In this document: positions 8,288-19,396 of the stretch, in pieces
How the letters are laid out: every line of letters starts with the position of its first letter
Numbering within the stretch: position 1 is the first letter of the stretch
Source of the DNA: Salinivirgaceae bacterium
GTDB lineage: Bacteria > Bacteroidota > Bacteroidia > Bacteroidales > SZUA-534
Direction of reading: 5' to 3'
DNA length: 64,000 nucleotides
NCBI GenBank assembly: GCA_050251815.1
Contig: JBFWMB010000006.1
Location: 16,092 to 80,091, forward strand
Program-made: the position numbers and the translations under genes
The notes under the pieces: generated by a model
The model's input: only the letters and a program-made list of their open reading frames with translations
Told to the model about the DNA's origin: nothing
Databases searched by the model: none

Positions 8288-11215
8288 TTAAAATTCAACG
8301 TTTAATCCCACAATAAATGTTCGGGCCTGTGGATAGGTTCCATAATCAATACCCTGTACACTTGCACTGTTTCCAAAAGCATTCACTTCGGGATCGTATC
8401 CGGAATACTTCGTAAAAGTGAGCAAATTTTGCCCTGTAAAATAAGCGGTTAACTTCTTAATTGCTTTAACGTTATCTATCACTCGGTACGATAAGGTAAG
8501 TGATTTTAGGCGTAAATACGATCCATCTTCAATAAAACGGGAAGAATTCCAAACATTATAAACACTTCCACTGCTTTTGGGAATGGCCCGGGGTATATCA
8601 GTAGCTGTGTTTTCAGGTGTCCAACGGCGCAACACGGCCAAAGACTGATTCTTACTGTCGAACATTCCTTCTAAATCGATCCGGGTGGCATTATAGATAT
8701 CGTTTCCATAACTGCCTTGAAAGAAAAAAGACAAATCGAACCGCTTGTACGTAAGTGTATTGGTTAAACCAAAAATAAAATCAGGTTGTGCATTACCAAT
8801 TATTGTTCTGTCGCCGGGATCGTTAATCCCGTTATTGTTTACATCCCTATAAATCATATCGCCGGTTTCAGAATCTACTCCATCGGCAATGTATCCAAAA
8901 AATGAACCTAAAGATTCCCCTTCCTTTAGTCGAATTATGTCCTGATTGTTGCTATAAATGCGTCCAAAATCATACGATTCTACATAATCGAGAGCAACAA
9001 CCTTATTTCTATTCATCGACAGATTAAAATTTGTTATCCAGTTAAAATCCTCAGAACTCATATTAATGGTTCGAAGGTTTAATTCCAGACCTTTATTGTC
9101 AATCTGCCCGGCATTGGTTAATATCCTGGTTATGGGCAAGGTGCTGGGCAATTGCACATTCAAAAGAACATCGCTTGTTTTTTTAAGGTAGGCATCCAAA
9201 TTAATGGCAATTCGTGAGTTGAACATTGAAATATCGATGCCTACCCCGGTTTGTGCCGAAGTCTCCCATTTAAGGTCAGGGTTACCATAAGTAACCTGAG
9301 AGGAACTTGGTCCTGAAAGCGGATCGGTTGGGGTTCTTCGGTAATAGTTTACCAAACCATAACGGGCGTAATTTGCTATTCCTTCCTGGTTTCCATTAAC
9401 TCCCCAACCTCCCCGTAATTTTAAATCGTTTATAAAACGAACATTCTGCATAAAAGGCTCGGCAGAAATACGCCACCCAACCGAAAAAGCAGGCATGGTT
9501 CCCCAGTGTTGAGCTAGCTTTGATGAACCATCGCGACGAAGACTGGCTGATGCATAGTATTTGCTGTTAAAGTCGTAGGTAACCCTACCAAAAAAAGAGG
9601 TCAAAGACCATTCGTCTTTCGAGGTACTTCCTGAAATGGTATTGGCCGCATTAAGCGTTGTTACCTCAACATCAGTCGGAAAATCTGTTCCATACAAATA
9701 GGAATCGTGCCCGGTAAACTTTTGCATACTGGTACCAATAAGTGCATTGAGGTTATGGTTATTAAAAGCTTTCGTATAATCTACAGTATTCTCCAGCATC
9801 CATGATTGGCTCATGTATTTATCAGCCTGGCCAACCCCATTGTTATTCCGTCCGAAATTGGTCCGGAAGGGATCGAGATAATAATTCCACTGGTGGTTAT
9901 TAATCTCTACTCCAAATCGGTTTTTATAAAACAGTCCATCACTAATTCTTGCCTCGAGCATGATATTACCAAACAGTTGTCGGTCGATGGCCTGTTGATC
10001 AGCACCTTCCATGTAGGCAACCGGGTTTTCCCAGGAAGCCTGAAAAGGATTCGTGTCGAACTGCCCGCTTCCATCGGGGTTATATACTCTTAGAAACGGA
10101 GGCGTATTAAGTGCAGCCATAATTACACCTCCCCTACCTGAACTGGCATTGTCGGGAGTATCTTCCGTTTTTATATTCAACAGGTTAACGCTTGATTTCA
10201 TTTTTAACCAGGGGCGTATCTGGTTGTCGAGATTATAGCGTACCGATATACGATCGAAGCGAGCTGGCCGAACAATACCTTTATTATTTAAATAATTTAA
10301 GGCAAGATAGTACTGCGATTTTTCATTCCCGTCGGAAAACGATAATTGATACGACTGGATTTTACCAGTACCAAATACCTCCTTGTTCCAATCGTTAAAA
10401 TAGGTATCTGTGGGATCCAGCTCTTCACCACGCTCCAGCATTAAATCACGGTATTGCTTGGTATTAAGAACCTCTATGGTTTTGCGGATGTTTGAGATTC
10501 CAAAATAGGTGCTAAAATTCAGTGCAGTTTGCCCTTTTTGAGCTCTCTTTGTAGTAATTATTACCACGCCATTGGCTGCTCTTGCACCATAAATAGATGA
10601 AGAGGAAGCATCTTTAAGGACTGACATCGACTCAATATCATTGGGGTCAATCCCTTTAATGTCTGTAGTAGGTAAACCATCAACCACATACAGTGGTTCA
10701 TTTCCGGCTTCAACCGATGTTGCACCTCTAACCCTTACGGATAGAGCCACGCCAGGTTTTCCCGAGGGTTGAATTACCTGTACCCCGGCAGCTTTACCCT
10801 GAAGAGCTTCAGCAGCAGAAACCATAGGGCGTTCCTTAATTTCATCCTCCCCAACAATTGAAACAGCAGTAGTTAAATCCTTTTTTCGCTGGGTTCCATA
10901 CCCAATAACCACTACTTCATCAAGATCTTTGATATCGGATTGCAATACCACAGAAATAACCGACTGGTTTCCAATTTCTATCTCCTGAGTTATAAAACCA
11001 ATAAAACTGAAAACCAGGATCCCCTTATCTGCTTTAATGGAGAATTTTCCGTCTAAATCGGTTATGGTTCCTGTGGTAGTCCCTTTTAATACTACGGTTA
11101 CCCCTGGAATGCCGACTCCTTCGCTATCGGACACGGAACCGGTAATTTGTCGCTCCTGGGCAGTTCCAGCCAGCGAAAGTCCGGCAAGTATGAAAAATAA
11201 AATTAGCTTTTGCAT
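8288..11215 (-). CDS. susC: SusC-type TonB-dependent outer-membrane transporter
   Basis: ORF 8288..11248; ATG at 11215 gives MQKLILFFILAGLSLAGTAQ. A CarboxypepD_reg-like N-terminus (ITGSVSDSEGVGIPGVTVVLKGTTTGTITDLDGKFSI) is followed by a plug (VVIGYGTQRKKDLT). The C-terminus ends in the terminal Phe of a TBDT barrel. Confidence 0.92.
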   Translation of the reverse strand: MQKLILFFILAGLSLAGTAQERQITGSVSDSEGVGIPGVTVVLKGTTTGTITDLDGKFSIKADKGILVFSFIGFITQEIEIGNQSVISVVLQSDIKDLDEVVVIGYGTQRKKDLTTAVSIVGEDEIKERPMVSAAEALQGKAAGVQVIQPSGKPGVALSVRVRGATSVEAGNEPLYVVDGLPTTDIKGIDPNDIESMSVLKDASSSSIYGARAANGVVIITTKRAQKGQTALNFSTYFGISNIRKTIEVLNTKQYRDLMLERGEELDPTDTYFNDWNKEVFGTGKIQSYQLSFSDGNEKSQYYLALNYLNNKGIVRPARFDRISVRYNLDNQIRPWLKMKSSVNLLNIKTEDTPDNASSGRGGVIMAALNTPPFLRVYNPDGSGQFDTNPFQASWENPVAYMEGADQQAIDRQLFGNIMLEARISDGLFYKNRFGVEINNHQWNYYLDPFRTNFGRNNNGVGQADKYMSQSWMLENTVDYTKAFNNHNLNALIGTSMQKFTGHDSYLYGTDFPTDVEVTTLNAANTISGSTSKDEWSLTSFFGRVTYDFNSKYYASASLRRDGSSKLAQHWGTMPAFSVGWRISAEPFMQNVRFINDLKLRGGWGVNGNQEGIANYARYGLVNYYRRTPTDPLSGPSSSQVTYGNPDLKWETSAQTGVGIDISMFNSRIAINLDAYLKKTSDVLLNVQLPSTLPITRILTNAGQIDNKGLELNLRTINMSSEDFNWITNFNLSMNRNKVVALDYVESYDFGRIYSNNQDIIRLKEGESLGSFFGYIADGVDSETGDMIYRDVNNNGINDPGDRTIIGNAQPDFIFGLTNTLTYKRFDLSFFFQGSYGNDIYNATRIDLEGMFDSKNQSLAVLRRWTPENTATDIPRAIPKSSGSVYNVWNSSRFIEDGSYLRLKSLTLSYRVIDNVKAIKKLTAYFTGQNLLTFTKYSGYDPEVNAFGNSASVQGIDYGTYPQARTFIVGLNVEF

Positions 11216-11404
11216 TGGTACATATTTAAAGCGGTTGTATATCAACAATTCTCAAGGCAATTAAACCCCGAACCCACAAAAAGAAACATAACTGATTAGC
11301 GTTTAATCGAATTAAGTTTCAGGCAATTAATAATAAAACTGTTTGTTAAACTGATGCACGAATACGATTCTATCAGTTTGATAATTTGACTAAAAGCCTT
11401 GCTT

Positions 11405-11454
11405 TTTAAATTATAAAAATTCAAGATCAGAAGTCATGCTTCTGATCTTGAATT
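11405..11454 (-). terminator. Rho-independent terminator after the PKD-domain gene
   Basis: A perfect 16-bp stem (11418-11433 with 11439-11454, AATTCAAGATCAGAAG/CTTCTGATCTTGAATT) has a 5-nt loop and is followed on the minus strand by a TTTTATAATTT tail. Confidence 0.8.
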
Positions 11455-11464
11455 GCAACATGAA

Positions 11465-13228
11465 TTATCGTTCCAAAATGGTTGACCACGAAGATCCACC
11501 AGTATGATCGGCTGAAAGATCGACTGTAACAAATAAGTATTCCTTTGTTCCGGAATTAGCGTATCCCATTACTTCATACTGGTTTGTTAAATTTCCACCA
11601 TTAGGAGCATTGGCACCATCGGAATTTTCGCCCCCATAGTATCCTTTATAAAAACCCAGGAATGCGGCCATATCACCCCCATTGGTAAGTATAATCTTAG
11701 CGCGCTCGCTTTCTGTAGCAGGAATAAACTCATAACTATGAGTTGCCGAACCAAAAGCAGCTCCATTTCCACTGGCTGCTATCTCATCATCGGAAATACA
11801 ACCATTGGGACTTCCAAAATAACCATCGTTGCGAGCACTTCCATTGGTCTCATAGGTGTAAACTCCACCGGCTGCAAAGGTAAATTCATCATCAACCATA
11901 CACGACCAATCATCAGCACCAGTGCCTTCACCAGTAAGGAAACTTTTGGGAACACTCCACCATTCACTACTTCCCATGGCAGGACCCACAAATACTGATT
12001 TCTCGCTTATTGAAACTTTCCAGGCATTTCCCTGCAAGATAGCATCGGTTAACGCAGTTTCCGAAGCAAAGAAAACGGTTTGAAAGGTAGCATTGGTGCC
12101 CAGGGCATTGGTTGCCGTTAGGGTAATAGTATAAAACCCATCATTAGCATAGGTATGACTTGCATCGGCTGATGTAGCCGTAGTTCCATCGCCAAAGTCC
12201 CAGACAAATGAATCGGAATACTCGCTGGTATTGGTACAGGTAATAGTTTTGCCATCAGTGGTCATGGTAAAAGACGCTTTGGGCTGGTTTCCAGGGATAG
12301 GAGGTTCATCGTTGGGATTGTCGTAATGTACAAACACAAAACGCCAGTAGCCTCCTGGGCTTGCATCATCTGGATTAAATTTGTATTCAGCTTCAACCAC
12401 CAGGGTATCGGTTGTTCCATCGTAAAGTGATATTAAATTATAGGTAACTGATTCCTGAGGAACCTTAACTTCAACATCGGTGGCCACTTTTGATAAACCC
12501 AAAAAAGCTCCCAATCCAATAACTTTCAGGGTAGGATTTGTACCGGTTGTCAGTTCGAAGGTGTGGTTTCCACTTCCCCAGGCTGAAAGATCTTCACCAT
12601 TAGGTCCTAGCATTGCATCGGTAGATGCACAGGTATTTGCCGGTTCAAATACTCCACCTTCGGCCCAATAATCGCCATTGGCATTAAACACCATAGAACC
12701 ATCACGGCCAAAGGTCCATTCATCGTTTAGCATACAGGGGCGATTAGCTAACTCATCATTGTCTCTTCCAACTGCCCACCAAATCGTAGAGCGATCGTAT
12801 GGTCCAACTTCCAAAGGATAAACACCTCCACTAACATCGCGTAAGAGCTTCCATGTCTTCGAAGTCTCGCCGACTAGTTTTGTCAGCTCACCATTTGGAT
12901 CGGCAATCAACACATTAGTACTATAACTGTCGGTAGCTCCTCCAGCTGAGGTTGCTGTTAGTGTAACGGTATATTCCCCAACCGAAGTATAGGTATGTAC
13001 CGGATTCTCCTCTGTGGAAGTCTGGGAATCATCACCAAAATTCCAAACCAGGCTTGCATAGTTCTGCGATGCATTTAAAAAAGACACCTTTTTATAGTCG
13101 GTATCATCCAGTTGAAAGGTAAAACTGGCAATCACATCATCTTCCGTTGTATCATCTTTACAAGATGCCAGCTGCAAAACGGCCAGTAAAAACAATACGC
13201 TTTTCCCAATTCTAAAGTAGTTCTTCAT
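11465..13228 (-). CDS. PKD-domain surface lipoprotein (probable surface glycan-binding protein of the PUL)
   Basis: The 587-aa ORF has lipobox LQLASCKDD. Two PKD-type domains are present (WNFGDDSQTSTEENPVHTYTSVGEYTVTLTAT and WDFGDGTTATSADASHTYANDGFYTITLTAT). Confidence 0.8.
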   Translation of the reverse strand: MKNYFRIGKSVLFLLAVLQLASCKDDTTEDDVIASFTFQLDDTDYKKVSFLNASQNYASLVWNFGDDSQTSTEENPVHTYTSVGEYTVTLTATSAGGATDSYSTNVLIADPNGELTKLVGETSKTWKLLRDVSGGVYPLEVGPYDRSTIWWAVGRDNDELANRPCMLNDEWTFGRDGSMVFNANGDYWAEGGVFEPANTCASTDAMLGPNGEDLSAWGSGNHTFELTTGTNPTLKVIGLGAFLGLSKVATDVEVKVPQESVTYNLISLYDGTTDTLVVEAEYKFNPDDASPGGYWRFVFVHYDNPNDEPPIPGNQPKASFTMTTDGKTITCTNTSEYSDSFVWDFGDGTTATSADASHTYANDGFYTITLTATNALGTNATFQTVFFASETALTDAILQGNAWKVSISEKSVFVGPAMGSSEWWSVPKSFLTGEGTGADDWSCMVDDEFTFAAGGVYTYETNGSARNDGYFGSPNGCISDDEIAASGNGAAFGSATHSYEFIPATESERAKIILTNGGDMAAFLGFYKGYYGGENSDGANAPNGGNLTNQYEVMGYANSGTKEYLFVTVDLSADHTGGSSWSTILER

Positions 13229-13585
13229 TTTAATTTGGTTTAAGTTAACACTCTTTGGCTTTTATTAAAAAACCCATGCTCACAGCAAAGCTGTTAAAGC
13301 ACGAATTCAAAGGTAAGCGCTGGTGCAATCGTTTGTATTTATTCTGGCTACTTAAAACCTCATGACCCCCTTAAAAGATGGTACTCAAAACCTCTCAAAA
13401 GCTAAAATAGTCAGTACTACCTTACTACCCGGGAAATAGAATTTTCAGCGTTAGAACAATGAATCAAGGTCATTGGTTCCTTACTTTTTTATGCATTTAA
13501 AGTTGTGAAAGCCTGCTTTGTTAAAACAAAACCCTCAATTACATTAAAGCCAGGAGTTTTTAGAAAGCATTTTTACTGTAAGGAC

Positions 13586-13783
13586 CAAATCAAAACAGTT
13601 ACTTAGGTTAATTGAATCAGGTACGTACCGGAATGAAAAAAGATCCCGATGTAAATTGAATTAGGTACGTACCTGAATTAAAAAAGGTCCCGATGTAAAT
13701 GAAAACTGGTACGTACCAAAATGAAATCAGGTAAGTACCGAAATCAAATTTGGTGCGTACCTAAATTAAAATGGGTACTTAGG
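13586..13783. repeat. Tandem array 2: 9 units of the same 22-bp repeat as 132-395, same orientation
   Basis: Cores at 13598, 13620, 13642, 13664, 13686, 13708, 13730, 13752 and 13774, a constant 22-bp step. Perfect GGTACGTACC at 13620, 13664, 13708. A 65-bp block (13610-13674) is identical to 222-286, and a 31-bp block (13675-13705) is identical to 330-360. Confidence 0.9.
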
Positions 13784-13891
13784 TAAATTACCATAAGTCC
13801 CCAGGAGTTTTAAAAAGGGTTTCCGGCCTGGATTATGCCTCTTTAGAAAAATAAAATTCGAACTATTGGAAAAAATTCAATTTAAACGCAT

Positions 13892-13916
13892 AAAAAAAGC
13901 CCTCTAAAAAGAGAGC
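13892..13916 (-). terminator. Terminator after groEL
   Basis: On the minus strand, a GCTCTC/GAGGGC stem (one G-U pair) is followed by a T7 run, just downstream of the groEL stop. Confidence 0.6.
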
Positions 13917-13941
13917 TTTTATATGTGTTTCAAAAGGAATA

Positions 13942-15576
<1,635 letters not shown>

Positions 15577-15605
15577 TCAAATTGTTTATTAGTTACAAAA
15601 ATTGA

Positions 15606-15884
15606 TTAGAAAATGTAAAGTATGTCGCTGTGAGCTATTAACAGGTATTTTTCACCGTCAATAAGCAGCTCAGTGCCGGCATATTTTCCGTACATTACCT
15701 TGTCGCCTTCTTTAACCTCAATATTTTGGTCTTTGAGTGCTACCCCGGTTAAAACAACGGTACCGTGTAAGGGAGCATCCTGAGCTGAGTCGGGAATGTA
15801 AATTCCGCCAGCAGTTTTTGCTTCGGCTTCTGAAGGATGTACAAGTACTTTTCCTGCAATAACTTTACCATTCAATTTTGCCAT
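15606..15884 (-). CDS. groS: Co-chaperonin GroES
   Basis: The 92-aa ORF lies upstream of groEL. Its length and layout match GroES, including the glycine-rich mobile-loop region (TAGGIYIPDS). Confidence 0.97.
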   Translation of the reverse strand: MAKLNGKVIAGKVLVHPSEAEAKTAGGIYIPDSAQDAPLHGTVVLTGVALKDQNIEVKEGDKVMYGKYAGTELLIDGEKYLLIAHSDILYIF

Positions 15885-16067
15885 TTTTTGTCTATTTTAA
15901 GTTTAACATCTTATATTTAATTCAACAGGCGGCATGAGTCATAATTTGTGCCAAAGACAAATATGCACTAAACAAACGACAGAATTACCGTTTGGTGGCA
16001 CTTCCGCTATTTAATAATCTTTACTGAGTGAGGCTATGGTACAGAAAGAAAGGTTTTTGGTGGCTAT

Positions 16068-16110
16068 TAAAAAAAATGTCAGCCTGAGTGACAAGCTGAC
16101 ATTTTTTTTG
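16068..16110 (-). terminator. Terminator after secG (symmetrical hairpin)
   Basis: An ATGTCAGC/GCTGACAT 8-bp stem (16076-16083 with 16095-16102) is flanked by A8 and T8 runs. Confidence 0.7.
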
Positions 16111-16124
16111 ATTGCTAAAAAAGC

Positions 16125-16469
16125 TTATTCTTCAGTTTCGTCGCTTTCGGTAGGAGCTGTTAAGGGAAAATTACCAGGAAGTGCTGATGGATCCTGGGCG
16201 GCATCAATTTGTTCCTGCATCATGGAACGAGGATCTTCACCACCTTCGCGCTCAATAAATGCAGCAGCCATAATACTTAAAAACAACAATGCTCCTGCAA
16301 GCGTCCAGGTTGCTTTCTCTAAAAAATCGGTAGTTTTCCGAACGCCCATTACCTGATTCGACGACGAAAAGTTTGCAGCAAGTCCGCCACCTTTTGAATT
16401 TTGAACCAAAACGATTAAAATCAAGAGAAGACAAACAATTAAGATTAGTACTGAAATTGCGTAAAACAT
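16125..16469 (-). CDS. secG: Preprotein translocase subunit SecG
   Basis: The 114-aa ORF has two TM helices. The motif LIVLVQNSKGGGLAANF is typical of SecG. Confidence 0.9.
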   Translation of the reverse strand: MFYAISVLILIVCLLLILIVLVQNSKGGGLAANFSSSNQVMGVRKTTDFLEKATWTLAGALLFLSIMAAAFIEREGGEDPRSMMQEQIDAAQDPSALPGNFPLTAPTESDETEE

Positions 16470-16479
16470 CGTTTCTTAT

Positions 16480-17301
16480 TTATTGATTGTTAATAATTTG
16501 TTTTATTTTCTGAATTTGACCGGCAAAGTAACTATTTTTTTCCGGATATTTCAAACTTAATTTTTCGTAAGCATGAATGGCTTTATCGTAAAAGCCCTGT
16601 TTAATGTATATTTTAGCCAGGGTATCGGTAATCATGTCGGGGTTTAGCTGTGGTTCGGATTCCGGTGTTGGAGACTCTTCTGCTATTTTGTTTTCGGGTT
16701 TTGGAATTATTTTGGGTTGTTCTAAAATAAAACTGTCGATAAGCGCACTGCGCCGGTTTTGTTCAGGTTTAGCTGTATCGCCTTGTTTCTCAGATTCCGG
16801 TTTGTTTGCTTTTTTTCTTTTAAATATATTTTTGAAATCTTCCAAATCAACCTGATCGCCCACGTCGAAAAAAGTTCCGGCCTGCGCGGCTCCCGACATA
16901 ATAAGCAACTCCAGTTCATCGTTTTTGTCGTAAGTATCCTGTTTTTTATTCGATGGAGAGAGGCTATCGAAATCGGTAAGTTCCGACAATTCAGTAAAGT
17001 CGATAGTTGCACTCTCGTTATAAGTTGCAGGTTGATGCACCTCAACTTCTTCATTTATAGGAAGCAGCACCCGTTTATCGAGCAGGTAAAAAAGACGGCT
17101 TCGATTTGTGATCCAAACGGCATTGGTTCTTAATTCCCTTTCATAACTAATGGTTCCCTGATTGTTGAGGTTTTTCAACAACAACATCCGGGCCGACTGA
17201 AAGTAAGGATACTCTTCAACAACGGCCTGCAAATCAGACAAACTTCGGTCGTCGAGCAATTCAGGATGAGCCAGATAGGTATAAAAGGTTTCCTTATTCA
17301 T
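16480..17301 (-). CDS. Hypothetical protein with a C-terminal TPR-like motif
   Basis: The 273-aa ORF has a C-terminal LAKIYIKQGFYDKAIHAYEKLSLKYPEKNSYF motif. It sits in the conserved position between lptE and secG. Confidence 0.6.
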   Translation of the reverse strand: MNKETFYTYLAHPELLDDRSLSDLQAVVEEYPYFQSARMLLLKNLNNQGTISYERELRTNAVWITNRSRLFYLLDKRVLLPINEEVEVHQPATYNESATIDFTELSELTDFDSLSPSNKKQDTYDKNDELELLIMSGAAQAGTFFDVGDQVDLEDFKNIFKRKKANKPESEKQGDTAKPEQNRRSALIDSFILEQPKIIPKPENKIAEESPTPESEPQLNPDMITDTLAKIYIKQGFYDKAIHAYEKLSLKYPEKNSYFAGQIQKIKQIINNQ

Positions 17302-17307
17302 AAGTAG

Positions 17308-17817
17308 CTACCAATTCACAACGGCTTTGTTAAAAATATCATCGACCAATTGTTCCACAATTACTTCTATCAGGGAATCTTCTACGTCCTGCAAATTCTG
17401 GTCACTGCTGTAATCTTCGTATCTTGAAAACTGGGTGTCGAAATTTGCTTTCGGATCTTTTTCGTTTACAAACTTAACTTTTATGGTTATGGTCAGGCGG
17501 TTTTGTGCTGCCTGGTCGGTTCCGGCCTGAATAGCCATGGGTTTGGTGTTGTAATCAACAATAGTGCCCTCGAACTGCAAATGGCCGTTTTGCTGAACCA
17601 GCTGCAGGCTGGTTTGAGTCATAAACTTATCTTTCAGGGCTTCGGTTAGAACATTACTCAACATGGGGTTTACCAGCGCTGCCATGTTTGGAAACTCCGC
17701 AATTGAAACCGTTTCGGTTCCCGGAGGAATACTGGCTCCGGTAAAAGAATATTTTATACTACAAGCCGTGTTTAAAATTAAACTCAGCGTTATTATAATG
17801 CTTACTGTGTGACGCAT
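17308..17817 (-). CDS. lptE: LptE-family LPS-assembly lipoprotein
   Basis: ORF 17308..17847; ATG at 17817 gives MRHTVSIIITLSLILNTACS with a lipobox. Size, and synteny with the sigma-54 activator and secG, are typical of Bacteroidota LptE. Confidence 0.65.
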   Translation of the reverse strand: MRHTVSIIITLSLILNTACSIKYSFTGASIPPGTETVSIAEFPNMAALVNPMLSNVLTEALKDKFMTQTSLQLVQQNGHLQFEGTIVDYNTKPMAIQAGTDQAAQNRLTITIKVKFVNEKDPKANFDTQFSRYEDYSSDQNLQDVEDSLIEVIVEQLVDDIFNKAVVNW

Positions 17818-17830
17818 GATTTTCTTCTTT

Positions 17831-19072
17831 TTATAAATCCAATTCATATTCCTTAATCTTACGATACAGGGTTCGTTCCGAGATGCCTAAGTCTTCGGCA
17901 GCATATTTACGTTTTCCCTTATGCTTTTCAAGCGCCTTAACAATCATTTCTTTTTCTTTGTCGATCAACGAAAGCGATTCCTCAATGAATTCTTCGGTGT
18001 CCTGAATCTGCTCATCGTTAACCGTATCGCGACTGATAATTACCGTTGGTTGTCGTTCGGTTGCGTCAGGAATTGATATGTCATTATCATCCCAAAGGTT
18101 CTTGATTATTCGTGCATGATCATCGTTCAAGTCTCGTTTCTCAACGCCTTGTTTCATTAAATCGAGCACCAATCGTTTCAGATCGTTCATGTCACTTTTC
18201 ATATCGAACATTACTTTGTACAAAATTTCACGTTCGGAATTAAACGTTTGCTCGTCAACCTTCTTGTACAATGCCGGCAATTTACTTCCTTCATAAACAG
18301 GAAGGTATTTCTTTAGGGTTTCGGCCGACACATCGCGTTTTTCTTCTAAAATTGAGATTTGTTCGGTAATATTTTTTAGTTGCCTGATATTTCCCGGCCA
18401 ACGGTAATTTTCCAGAACTTTTCTTGATTCAGTATCGAGCGTAAGAGAGGGCATACGAAATTTCTCAGCAAAATCAGAGGCAAATTTTCGGAAAAGCAAG
18501 TAAACATCTTCTTTTCGCTCACGCAAAGGAGGAACCTGAATGGGAACGGTATTTAAGCGGTAATACAAATCTTCGCGAAATTTTCCTTCATCAACTGCTT
18601 TTACCATGTTTACATTGGTTGCCGCCACAACCCTAACATTAGTTTTCATTACTTGTGAGGAGCCGACCCGAATAAACTCGCCTGTTTCGAGAACGCGTAG
18701 TAACCTTACCTGAGTTGAAAGCGGCAGTTCTGCGACTTCGTCGAGAAAGATGGTTCCATTGTTAGCCACTTCAAAATAACCTTTTCGGGTGTCGGTAGCT
18801 CCGGTAAACGCGCCCTTTTCGTGTCCAAATAGTTCGGAATCAATGGTTCCTTCAGGTATAGCGCCACAGTTAACTGCAATATATGAGCCGTGCTTACGGC
18901 TACTGAATTGATGGATAATTTTCGGGAACGTTTCTTTTCCTGTTCCACTTTCACCGCTAATTAGAACTGTTAAGTCGGTTGGGGCTACCTGCATGGCAAT
19001 ATCCATGGCCCGTAACAAACCCTGTGAGTTTCCAATAATTCCAAACCGTTGCTTTACCTGCTGAATGTCCAT
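17831..19072 (-). CDS. Sigma-54-dependent transcriptional activator (AAA+ plus Fis-type HTH, no N-terminal sensory domain)
   Basis: ORF 17831..19132; ATG at 19072. Walker A is GESGTGKE, the GAFTGA loop is exact, and ELFGHEKGAFTGA, RVVAATN and C-terminal HTH ISERTLYRKIKEY are present. Confidence 0.92.
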   Translation of the reverse strand: MDIQQVKQRFGIIGNSQGLLRAMDIAMQVAPTDLTVLISGESGTGKETFPKIIHQFSSRKHGSYIAVNCGAIPEGTIDSELFGHEKGAFTGATDTRKGYFEVANNGTIFLDEVAELPLSTQVRLLRVLETGEFIRVGSSQVMKTNVRVVAATNVNMVKAVDEGKFREDLYYRLNTVPIQVPPLRERKEDVYLLFRKFASDFAEKFRMPSLTLDTESRKVLENYRWPGNIRQLKNITEQISILEEKRDVSAETLKKYLPVYEGSKLPALYKKVDEQTFNSEREILYKVMFDMKSDMNDLKRLVLDLMKQGVEKRDLNDDHARIIKNLWDDNDISIPDATERQPTVIISRDTVNDEQIQDTEEFIEESLSLIDKEKEMIVKALEKHKGKRKYAAEDLGISERTLYRKIKEYELDL

Positions 19073-19318
19073 AATATTTATTACTATATGTATTTTTTGA
19101 TTTAACTGCCTGAAAAGAAAACCAAACACCAAGTAAATCGTCTGTGTTTTGGCATCAGTAACAAGCTTAACTTACAATAAAAACAAAACCAACACGATTT
19201 GTTTTAAAAGCCTGACAAAATTACATATTTTTAGGAAACTCTAACCTCAGAAAATCGATAATTGAGGCAAAAACAAGGGTAAAACCTCATATTTTAACCT
19301 TAAGTTAAAAAAAGAACA

Positions 19319-19392
19319 TAAAAAAACCTGCCATTACAAGCTAAGGGTTTTGAAATTGGGCTTCAAAACCCAGTAGGCTATATTGGCAGGTT
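19319..19392 (-). terminator. Nested long-hairpin terminator
   Basis: An outer AACCTGCCA/TGGCAGGTT stem encloses an inner GGGTTTTGAA/TTCAAAACCC stem. A T-run follows on the minus strand, downstream of the stop at 19397. Confidence 0.65.
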
Positions 19393-19396
19393 GGTT

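Noticed and set aside
15885-16124. Search for a CIRCE/HrcA operator (TTAGCACTC-N9-GAGTGCTAA) upstream of groES
   Set aside because: No match or near-match was found on either strand. The only strong dyad in this gap is the secG terminator hairpin.
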